DNA of 64,000 nt from positions 8,308,001-8,372,000 of the forward strand of contig OZ024765.1 of NCBI GenBank assembly GCA_964016885.1, read 5' to 3'. The notes beneath the pieces were generated by a model. The model did no database searches, was not told the DNA's origin, and saw only the letters and a list, made by a program, of their open reading frames with translations. The position numbers and the translations under genes were made by a program. Shown piece after piece: positions 53,914 through 64,000 of the stretch (its first letter is position 1; each line of letters starts with the position of its first letter). The stretch comes from Eledone cirrhosa (Eukaryota).

Positions 53914-56900
53914 TGTGGCCATTTGATCATGACGATGGACTCGGTGGTCAACCAGATTGGTCCCACCCGTGACAAAAGTTGTTCTACATAGCCCCACAGG
54001 TCGGTAACGCCCGGGCAGTGTACGCAACGGTTTCTTCGTCTCGCACGCATCTTGGACACATCTTTTTCGAAGGGTCCCTGCCCAGGCGCCCATGTCTGTA
54101 GAGCTTGTCTCAAACTGATAGAGCTCCTCGGTAGCACTGCCAGGCCAGGGACTTTTGGAAGTTGTCCATCGGTCCCGGGCGGAAGGTCCTACCGAACAGA
54201 CTGGCCAGTTCATCTTCCTCTACGCCTAGAGTTTCTCCGAGCGCGTCGTCGCACTTGCTGTGGACCAACCCTCTATAGAATGACGAAGTGGAGTCCCCAC
54301 TGATCACCGGGTCCGCCTGCCAGAGGGCTGTGAGCGCCTGAGCACATTCGATGTGCCAGTCGCCCATTTTCCTCGGTCTTTGCTTTACCCAGGACTGCAG
54401 CTCGGTCAGCAAGACAAATCGTGGGAAGGCTCGCCTCACGAACGGGGCCCACACCAGTTGTCCGGTGAGGAATACGTAGAGATGCCGCAGCCTGAGCGCT
54501 GTTTGCACACCGTCAGCCACGGCATCCCCAGCCCTCCGATGGAAGGGTGTTGGCAGCAGATGGATCTTCTCACCAAAGGAGCCCGCTTCTTCCAAAGGAA
54601 TTGGAAAGATAGATAGATAGATAGATAGACAGGCAGATGGGTAGAGAGAGACGGATAGACAGTCAGACAGGCAGAAAGAGTGACAGAGAGAGACAGACAG
54701 ACAGATGGGTAGATAGAGACAGACAGACAGACAGATAGAGAGACAGACAGGCAGATGGGTAGATGGAGACAGACAGACAGATAGATAGAGTGACAGAGAG
54801 AGAGACGGACAGACAGAAAGAGAGAGATACATAGAGTGACATACAGACAGATATATTTCTTTATTAGCCACAAGGGCGCACAAGAAAAGGGGACAATACA
54901 AAGACTTGCCAGGGATTTTACATAGTCGTGTAAAAAATATAAAAACAAACAATTACAACAATCGAAATCCCCAATAGGGGGGAGGCGCCACAAATGAGTT
55001 GTTTAATACCCCGTAGATAGAACAACCCTCAACTTCAGGAGCGTGTTGTGCAAGTGGTCCTTTCTTCCTTTTGATCTCTTCCTCAACCTACAGGTTTATA
55101 TACAGAGAAGGCCCAATCACTCGGGCCATTTTCGCTTCATTCACCCACCTTTCAGTAAATTTACTGGGGTGCAGTGCCTCTCTCTCTACCCTGATTCTCC
55201 TTCTAAAGTGATACTTAAAGAAGGGAATCAATTGTTGTCCGGAGAGAAAGGCATCTGTCCTCAGTCCTCTCAACCTCGTCCACCATAGCCACCGTACAGA
55301 GGAAAACCGCCTCTCTTTCGTTTTTGAAAGAGGCTGGCGGTTTGATCCTTACTATGGACTCGGCAGTCAACTGGATTTGTCCCATACGCGACAGCAGTTG
55401 TTCTGCATAGTTCCACAGGTCGGTTACGCCCGGGCAGTGTACAATTGCGTGCAGGACTGTTTCAATGTCCTGCGCGCATCTTGGACACGTCCTCTTGGAG
55501 GGATCCCTGCTGGGGCGTCCATGCCTGTAGATCTTGTCACGAACCGGTAGAGCTCCTCGGTTGTCCATAGGTCCCAGGCGGAAAGTCCTACCAAACAGAC
55601 TGATGAGCTCATCGTCTTCGACGCCCAGAGTCTCTCCGAGCACGTCGTTGCCCTTGTAACGTACAATCCCTCTATAGAATGTTGAAGTGGAGTCTCCACT
55701 GATTGCTGCGCCCGCTTGCCAGAGGACTGTGAGCGCCTGAGCGCATTCAATGTGCCAGGCGCCCATCGTTTTCAGTCTTTTCTTCACCCAGGACTGCAGC
55801 TCCGTCAGCGAGATGAGCTGTGGGAAAGCCTGTCTCACAAACGGTGCCCACACCGGTTGGGAGTAGGTGAGGAATACCTGGAGATGCCGCAGCCTCAGCG
55901 CATGTTTGCCTATCATCAGCCACGGCATTCCCAGCCCTCCGTTAGAAGGGTGCTGACAGCAAACGGATCTCCTCACCAGCGGAGCCTGCTTCTTCCACAG
56001 AAACTGGAAGAGCATGCGTTCCATCTTGGCGAGGTGTTCACGGGGACAAGGCACGACAGCCAAGCGGTAGTAGATGACGGACGCTATAGATAGATAGACA
56101 GACAAATAGATATGTTTCTTTTATTTGCCACTAGGGCATCAAAAGTGGGACAAGTACAAAGGGGGCAGTTTACACAAAAAGGCGTCCTCAATAAGGAGGA
56201 GGCAATAACAAAATATAAAAATAAAATAAGATATAACAAAAAATAAAATTTTTAACAAAATCCTCAATAGAGAGGAGGCGCCTAGGGGGGTCGCACACAC
56301 CCCCGAAAAAAGTGTGCAACCCTTCTCCTCAGGAGCACAGAGAAGGGGTGCTCCCTTGGTCTTTCATCTTCCTCACCTATAGTCTGATGTAGAGTGAAGG
56401 CCCATTCACACGGGCCATTCTCGCCACTTTCATAGAAACGGCTGGGGTGCAGCACCTCTCTCTCCATCCTGATCCTTCTTCCGAAATGATATCGGAAGAA
56501 ACGGACCAGTTGTTGGCCAGAGAGAAAGGTGCCTGACCTCAGTCCTTTCAGACGCGTCTACCATACAACCTCTTTCGCCATGGCTATTATGCACAGAAAC
56601 ACCGCCTCTGCTTCATCTTTGAAGGGGGGAGGCGGCTTGATCATTACAATAGACTCGGTGGTCAACCGGATCGGTCCCACCCTTGACAGCAGTTGTTTGA
56701 CATAGCCCCACAGATAGATATATTTCTTTATTAGCCACAGGGGCACAAAAGAAGGGGACAAATACAAAGGGGGAAGTTTACATACAATAAAAACGTGTAA
56801 AATGTTATCACAGATGGAATTTAAAAGTTAGTCGATTTTCCCCAATAGAGGTAGACAGTTTATATGGGTAACACATACCCCCGAAAAAAATGTGCAACCC

Positions 56901-57262
56901 TTATCTTCAGGAGTACGAAGAGCTTGTACTCCTTTCCTCTCCTCCTCCTTTCCCTCAATCTACAGGCTGATATAGAGAGAAGGCCCATTCACTCGGGCCA
57001 TTCTCGCCACTTTCACCCACCTTTCATAAAACTTGCTGGGGTGCAGCACCTCTCTCTCCATCCTGATCCTTCTTCCAAAGTGGTATTTGAAAAAAAGAAT
57101 CAGTTGTTGGCCGGAGAGAAAGGTGTCTGACCTCAGCCCTTTCAACCTTGTCCACCATACAACCTCTTTCGCCATAGCTATCACACAAAGGAAAACCGCC
57201 TCTCCTTCGTTTTTGAAGGAGGGTGGCGGTTTGATCATGACAATGGACTCGGTGGTCAACCA
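53914..57262 (-). mobile_element. Cluster of four truncated Tx1/L1-like non-LTR retrotransposon copies (53914-54607, 54851-56086, 56109-56712, 56717-57262)
   Basis: FLWKK...GGLGMP RT C-terminus and CPRCAQDIETVLHAIVHC zinc-binding motif; 3' ends of the AATAAAGAAATAT type abutting (TCTA/TCTG)n. A 3' UTR copy is at 2104-2312 (+). Confidence 0.8.
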
Positions 57263-57313
57263 CAGATAGATAGATAGATAGATAGGTAAGTAGACAGACA
57301 GAGAGGCACCTAC

Positions 57314-57488
57314 CTTAGCATTCTTACTAAACTGAGCCTGTTCAGGCCTATAATACAGTTCATAGGTAACATGGTCCGAACCTTTGCTCTCCACAGATTT
57401 ATCCAAGGTTTTGGGACTTTTACTAGGAGTGGTCGTACTGCTGGGTTTAGTCCCCGGGGTGTAGGTCTCGAGTTGAGTGAGTAAACGT
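57314..57488 (-). CDS. DCTN2: DCTN2 exon
   Basis: tag|...|gtaggt. RLLTQLETYTPGTK...HVTYELYYRPEQAQFSKNAK (VTYELxxRPEQ motif). Confidence 0.95.
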
Positions 57489-58177
57489 CTAAAATAGAGA
57501 CACACAATAGATGAGGGCTTAATTATTATAACTCGTTAGTTATTAATTAGTTAACATCCTATAATGGTTTACTGGAACGTAACTTAACAAAGTTTCTTAC
57601 ATAAAATTATGTCGGAAGACTTTTAGATAAATATGAACACTTTTAACCTTTTTGTTACCATATTTCTAACTTGTTGTTTGGAACATAACTTAACAAAGGT
57701 TTTATAACTAACTTTCTTGTTAAGTTGGTGTTTGGAACATAACTTAACAAAGGTTCTTACATGATATTATGATGGAAGGTTTTATAACTAACCACCACCA
57801 CCACCATTACCACTACACCACCACCACCATTACCATTACAACCACTACACCACCACCATTGCCACTATTACCACAACCACTACACCACCACCATTACAAC
57901 CACTACACCACCACCACCATTACCACTACACCACCACCACCACCACCATTACCACTACACCACCACCATTACCACTATTACCACAACCACTACACCACCA
58001 CCACCACCACCATTACAACCACTACACCACCACCACCACCATTACCACCACAACCACTACACCACCACCACCACCATTACAACCACTACACCACCACCAC
58101 TATTACCACAACCACTACACCATCACCACCATTACCACTACAACCACCACCACTACACCACCACCAGCATTACTCAC

Positions 58178-58338
58178 TTTCTCAGCGCCCCCTGTGGGTC
58201 AGAGAGGTCAACAGATGCTTCAGGTCCCAGTAACTTCTCCAGATGTAGATCTGCCAGTTGATGGTGTAGATATTCCAGATGTTTCCCCAGTTTAATGGCT
58301 GACATCTTCTCAGTGTCAGCATCTGTCTTCACAGATTC
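58178..58338 (-). CDS. DCTN2: DCTN2 exon
   Basis: cag|...|gtgagt. ESVKTDADTEKMSAIKLGKHLEYLHHQLADLHLEKLLGPEASVDLSDPQGALR(K). Confidence 0.95.
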
Positions 58339-58562
58339 CTGCAATACAGACATAATAACAACCATCACCATTATCATCATCATCATCATCATTACCACCA
58401 CCATTACCATCACCATCATCACTACCACCATTACCATCACCATCACTACCACCATTACCATCACCATCACTACCATCATTTCCACCATCACAATCATCAC
58501 AACAACCATCACCATCATCATCACAACTATCACCACCATCACTACTTTAGATAAATCTAAAG

Positions 58563-59694
58563 CAGGGGCGTGCAACAGGTGGTCAATGGGCCGTAATCAG
58601 GCCCACCAGACCAGTCATATCTGTTATTTTGTTACCGAAAATGTATGTGGTAATCATCCAAATTTAGAGCAACAAACTAGGAAAATGACATCCCTTTGGG
58701 GTAGCAGATATTGTTGTGAGCAGTTCTTTTCAAGAATGATGTTTACTAGAAATAGATATCAAAGTCAGCTCACAAATGAACATTTGACTAGCTTCAAGTT
58801 GCCTCTAGAGCAGTCAAACCAGATATTGATAAGTTGTGCAAAAACACCAAGTCTCACATTAATATAACTTTCTTCTTGTGATACTAAACTCTGCCAGTTG
58901 CAGACTGTGCATCAACATGAGATATTTCTCTCCACAAAGTTCGATCACCAGCAGCAGAATTTAAAGAACATAGATCAAGTCCAGTCCATAGGTTGACATT
59001 ATCAAGCCATAGATTTGGCTGCCGGCCTCTGCTTCTCTTATCAGCCAACCTTCCTTCCAGGAATATATAATACCTTTCTATCACCAGCAGCAGAGTTTAA
59101 AGAACAAAGATCAAGTCCAGTCCATAGGTTGACATTATCAAGCCATAGATTTGGCTGCCGGCCTCTGCTTCTCTTATCAGCCAACCTTCCTTCCAGGAAT
59201 ATATAATACCTTTCGATCACCAGCAGCAGAGTTTAAAGAACAAAGATCAAGTCCAGTCCATAGGTTGACATTATCAAGCCATAGTTTTGGCTGCTGACCC
59301 CTGCTTCTCTTACCAGCCAACCTTCCTTCCAGGCATAACCTATTCACACCACGAGTTGATCTTTTTATATGGCCATATAGTTTGAGTACTCTTGACTTGA
59401 CAATTGATGTAATTAGTCTAAGTCTGGTAATGTTGAGCAGCTCACTGATACAGTCGCTGAGCGACTTGCCAGTCATAAGTCTCATGATGTGGTTCTGTGT
59501 TAATTGGACGACATGGTCATTTCAGAATAAAACTAAATTATATTTTATTTGTCTATATTGTTTAAAAATGTATTCACAATGTATTTATGACTCAATTCAC
59601 TGGTTTTCATTATATTATATATTTTTGACAGTGACTGGCCCTAATAGTTGTTCCAATGTTGTGCTCCATCAATGGAATATGTTGCACACCCCTG
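58563..59694 (+). mobile_element. hAT (Charlie-like) deletion derivative containing a nested LINE 3' fragment (about 58880-59480, minus)
   Basis: TIRs caggggcgtgcaac/gttgcacacccctg; hAT dimerisation-like SLWGSRYCCEQFFSRM...SQLTNEHL. The nested piece reads LYGHIKRS...LEGRLAGKRSRG, with a segment of about 118 bp triplicated. Confidence 0.75.
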
Positions 59695-59784
59695 GTTTTA
59701 ACCTTTAAAACAAACAGCTTTGTGTCATAGAACCAGGGGTGGTTTTAGCGTAGTTATGTAAGAAAGGGGGCTGTATATCCTTAC

Positions 59785-59883
59785 CTTGACCTTATTTATT
59801 TCATCAGTCAATTCCCTAATTTCATACTGGAGTCTCTGGTACTTCTGTTGGGCAGTCTCCTTACCTTCAGATCCCTCTTCCAA
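59785..59883 (-). CDS. DCTN2: DCTN2 exon
   Basis: cag|...|gtaagg. LEEGSEGKETAQQKYQRLQYEIRELTDEINKVK (KETxQQKYQRL motif). Confidence 0.95.
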
Positions 59884-60278
59884 CTGGAAAAAAACAACAA
59901 GGTATTCTTAGTTTCATGACTGTCTATATGCCTGTATGTAGGTGTGAATATATATGTATATTGTGTGTGTGTGTATATATATACATATTCATTTCATTCA
60001 TTTCAATTCATTTTACGTCCGCTTTTTCCCTGCTTTCAAGGGTGGGACAGAAACTGATTCTGGCTTGATTTCTACAGCTGGATGCCCTTCCTAACACCAA
60101 CCTCATTTACAATGAGTGCTGGGTGCTTTTTTGCCGTGGCACCTCCACGACCACTTTGCAGTGGAATGATAGGGACCTCAGTCCCTATCATCTCATTTCT
60201 ACAGCTGAGTAAACTGGAGCAATGTGAAACAACCTTTCGATTGCAAGGCCAATGCTCTAACCACTAAGCCATGTGCCT

Positions 60279-60315
<37 letters not shown>

Positions 60316-60804
60316 TATACGTTTCTACCTAATTTTCAAATTCGCTAGCTATTTCTAAACAAAGTTTGCTTTCTATACATTTATGTATAAATTTAAATAA
60401 TTTTAAAAGCCATACAATGCATTAGGAAATTAAAGGTGCCAAGATAACAATAAAAATTTATTTTAGCAAATTTAATTATCCCAAATATTTTCAGGTTTAA
60501 AAACCCATTAAATTAAATCTGCCATCCTAACAACTGATCTCCAACCTGATCCTTTAAGACTTTCACAGGAATACTCCCTTGATAATGGGTTTTAAACCCC
60601 AAAATATTTGGGATTATTAAATTTGCTAAGGTAAGATTCTATTGTTATCTTAGCACATTTAATTTTCTAATGCATTGTATGGCTTTTAAAATTATTTAAA
60701 TTCATATTTTCTATATTCAACAATGCTTCAAGCAAACTACAACACTGTAATATGTATATATATACAACACTGTAATATATATATATATATATATATATAC
60801 TCAC

Positions 60805-60872
60805 CATCTCATATTCATTTTTAATGACATCATAACCAATGTTGCGATGTTTTTGGATTCTTCCAGAAAAAT
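60805..60872 (-). CDS. DCTN2: DCTN2 exon
   Basis: tag|...|gtgagt. DFSGRIQKHRNIGYDVIKNEYEM (DFSxRI...GY...EYEM). Confidence 0.93.
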
Positions 60873-60962
60873 CTAGTAGAGAGAGAGGAGATAATATTAA
60901 TAATAATAAAACTAATAGTAACAACAGTAACAACCACAACAACAACACCATCAACAACCTAC

Positions 60963-61059
60963 CAGCGTGAGATGCATCTAAAACTGTGCCTTTAAATCTC
61001 TTGTAAGCAGCTTTGGAATCCAAGTTGACACGGTCTATGGCATCACTGTGGATTTCTTC
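60963..61059 (-). CDS. DCTN2: DCTN2 exon
   Basis: tag|...|gtagg. EEIHSDAIDRVNLDSKAAYKRFKGTVLDASHA (AAYxxFK motif). Confidence 0.92.
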
Positions 61060-61096
61060 CTAGCAGATCAAAGGAGGAGAATAAACAGAATTAAAA

Positions 61097-61450
61097 AGGG
61101 CAGATGTAGCCTCTATAGGACAACCTGTCTAGCAGAGCAGTCACTCCAAATATTTAAGACTACACAGGGCAGATGTGGCCTCTGTAAGGCAACCTGTCTA
61201 GCAGAGCAGTCACTCTAAATATTTAAGATTCTGCAGGGCAGATGTGGCCCCTGTAAGGCAACCTGTCTAGGAGAGCAGTCACTCTAAATATTTAAGACTA
61301 CACAGGGCAGATGTGGCCTCTGTAAGGCAACCTGTCTAGCAGAGCAGTCACTCTAAATATTTAAGATTCTGCAGGGCAGATGTGGCCCCTGTAAGGCAAC
61401 CTGTCTAGGAGAGCAGTCACTCTAAATATTTAAGATTCTGCAGGGCAGAA
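61097..61450. repeat. 69-bp tandem repeat (about 5 units)
   Basis: agggcagatgtggcctctgtaaggcaacctgtctagcagagcagtcactctaaatatttaagactacac. Confidence 0.88.
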
Positions 61451-61569
61451 GAGCAGTTAATGGCTATATAAGACTGTGTGGGGAAGTTAAGGTCTCCATA
61501 AACCATAGTGAGGGCTGCCCATCTACGCGAGCAGTCACTCCAAATAAATACGACTATAAATAATTATAA

Positions 61570-62572
61570 AGCTTTTACCGAGAAAATACAATAGTATATA
61601 TAGAGTAATGTAAATGTTATGTGAGATATTATGTGAGATAAAGCCTTTACTGTGACAATACAATAGTATATATAGAGTAATGTAAATGTTATGTGAGATA
61701 TTATGTGAGGTAAAGCCTTTACTGTGAAAATACAATAGTATATATAGAGTAATGTAAATGTTATGTGAGATGTTATGTGAGATATTATGTGAGGTAAAGC
61801 CTTTACTGTGAAAATACAATAGTTTATATAGAGTAATGTAAATGTTATGTGAGATATTATGTGAGGTAAAGCCTTTGCTGTGAAAATACAGTAGTATATA
61901 TAGAGTAATGTAAATGTTATGTGAGATATTATGTGAGGTAAAGCCTTTACTGTGAAAATACAATAGTATATATAGAGTAATGTAAATGTTATGTGAGATA
62001 TTATGTGAGGTAAAGCCTTTACTGTGAAAATACAATAGTTTATATAGAGTAATGTAAATGTTATGTGAGATATTATGTGAGGTAAAGCCTTTACTGTGAA
62101 AATACAATAGTATATATAGAGTAATGTAAATGTTATGTGAGATATTATGTGAGGTAAAGCCTTTACTGTGAAAATACAATAGTATATATAGAGTAATGTA
62201 AATGTTATGTGAGATATTATGTGAGGTAAAGCCTCTACTGTGACATTACAATAGTTTATATAGAGTATTGTAAATGTTATGTGAGATATTATGTGAGGTA
62301 AAGCCTCTACTGTGAAAATACAATAGTATATATAGAGTAATGTAAATGTTATGTGAGATATTATGTGAGGTAAAGCCTTTACTGTGAAAATACAATAGTA
62401 TATATAGAGTAATGTAAATGTTATGTGAGATATTAGGTGAGATAAAGCCTTTACTGTGACAATACAATAGTATATATAGAGTAATGTAAATGTTATGCGA
62501 GATATTATGTGAGGTAAAGCCTTTACTGTGAAAATACAATAGTATATATAGAGTAATGTAGATGTTAAAGGG
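61570..62572. repeat. 72-bp minisatellite from the same MITE (right TIR only)
   Basis: Unit aaagcctttactgtgaaaatacaatagtatatatagagtaatgtaaatgttatgtgagatattatgtgaggt; ends aaaggg-TTAA. Confidence 0.85.
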
Positions 62573-62702
62573 TTAAGGTCCATTTTCAATGTTAGCATCA
62601 ATTTGACAGATTTAGTTAACCCTTTCATGAGAGCAGAGAGCTGGAAGGATACCATAAAACACACAGACAGAAATAGAATTTGACAAAAAAACCCTAACTT
62701 AC

Positions 62703-62774
62703 CTGTTCTGACCGAGTGTTCTGGTCATCTTCAGGGAGTTCACTGGTCTCATAGACATCTGGTGAGTTCAAATC
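62703..62774 (-). CDS. DCTN2: Dynactin subunit 2 (p50/dynamitin) exon
   Basis: tag|...|gtaagt. DLNSPDVYETSELPEDDQNTRSEQ matches the conserved PDVYETSDLPEDDQ motif. The start-codon exon was not seen and presumably lies beyond 64000. Confidence 0.95.
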
Positions 62775-63402
62775 CTACAAAATATCACAAACTGATTGAT
62801 GGTCTGTCTACAGGGGTACTTTTTCTAAATATGTATCATCATCACATCATCATCATCATCACCGTTTTACGTCCGTTCTTCGACGCTAGCATGGGTTAGA
62901 CGGGTTGTCCTGTTGTGGGCAGTGTCTGGTCGGCTGACCATGCCTTGCTCATACAGGAACTGATCTGGCTTGATTTCTACAGCTGGATGCCCTTCCTAAC
63001 ACCAACCTCATTTACAGTGAGTGCTGGGTGCTTTTTCGTGGCGCCTACACGTCCACTTTACATACATCTACATACACATATACACATATACATATACACA
63101 TATATATACATACATGTATTATATACACGTATATATACATACATACACATATATACATATATATGTATATAATATATAAGATCAAAAGATGGTTAAAGGA
63201 GTTCCATGTATTTTATTATGCGCATTTCAAAAACAAACATCATCATGCAATAATATTTGTGTTTTCATCAGATAAAATAGAAAGACATGATATGAAGGCT
63301 AAAAAACACTTGTGGATAGTGCAGTTTTAAATCAACATATTATATGTTGATTTAAAACTGCACTATCCACAAGTGTTTTTTAGCCTTCATATCATGTTCT
63401 CC

Positions 63403-63473
63403 TGTTTTATCTGATGAAAACACAAATATTATTGCATGATGATGTTTGTTTTTGAAATGCGCATAATAAAATA
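63403..63473 (+). ncRNA. Type I hammerhead ribozyme motif (antisense twin at about 63208-63279)
   Basis: Near-identical to 40788-40859: CTGATGA...GAAA-tgcgca-TA-ataaaata. Confidence 0.78.
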
Positions 63474-64000
63474 CATGGAACTCCTTTAACCATCTTTTGA
63501 TCTTATATATTATGTATACTCCAGTCCTACAAAATGTAGAGTGCTTCTTATCCGATATCTGCTTTGCTTTATTGTACTACAATAAAACTCACCTCCTACA
63601 CTATATATGTATATATATATATATGTGTGTGTGTGTATACATATACACAAGTATGTATATAATAACTAAAAAAAACAATAACATAAATTTATTAAACAAT
63701 CATGTCTGTCAGTTTAATTCAACTAAAAGACTGTGTTGTGTTCCTATATCTACGGAATACTCAGGCAGATATACATTGAATTCAGTCATTTCGTTTGTTG
63801 TAGAATTCACAGTACTTCGTTGAGAAGGGCGAGACTTCCCAAGGATGAGGCATAAAGAAGATTTGGCTGCTCTTTCTAACACCAGATGACCACAAAGAAA
63901 ATACGATTCATATTTCATTTCATTTTCATTTTTACGTCCGCTTTTCTTTGCTTGCAAGGGTGGGACGGGAACTGATTCTGGCTATATATATAAATATAGT

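Noticed and set aside
63709-63957. 82-aa minus-strand ORF as the DCTN2 first exon
   Set aside because: It has no similarity to the expected MADPKYADLPGI-type N-terminus, and it starts inside a SINE/LINE tail.

Overview
This is AT-rich, repeat-dense animal genomic DNA. The SINE, RTE-LINE and microsatellite content suggests a coleoid cephalopod such as Octopus, which is an inference. Two convergent multi-exon genes can be rebuilt from splice sites with consistent phases. MTF1 (+ strand, 7 exons, 8171-20161) has zinc fingers 2-6 and an unusual Cys/His-repeat C-terminus; its 5' exons lie upstream of the window. DCTN2/dynamitin (- strand, 12 exons, 62774 to 40336) has its first exon beyond the window. 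Most long ORFs in the supplied track are translation artefacts of micro- and minisatellites. The most notable unannotated signal is more than a dozen type I hammerhead-ribozyme motifs (CUGANGA...GAAA, mostly with a palindromic stem III). They mostly lie in short fold-back elements next to (TA)n tracts, often as sense/antisense pairs, and resemble Penelope-like pseudo-LTR derivatives. Other observations are tandem arrays seeded at MTF1 splice donors, TE-derived satellites, nested transposons, a microsatellite-associated Tx1/L1-like cluster and a 1.2-kb intergenic palindrome.
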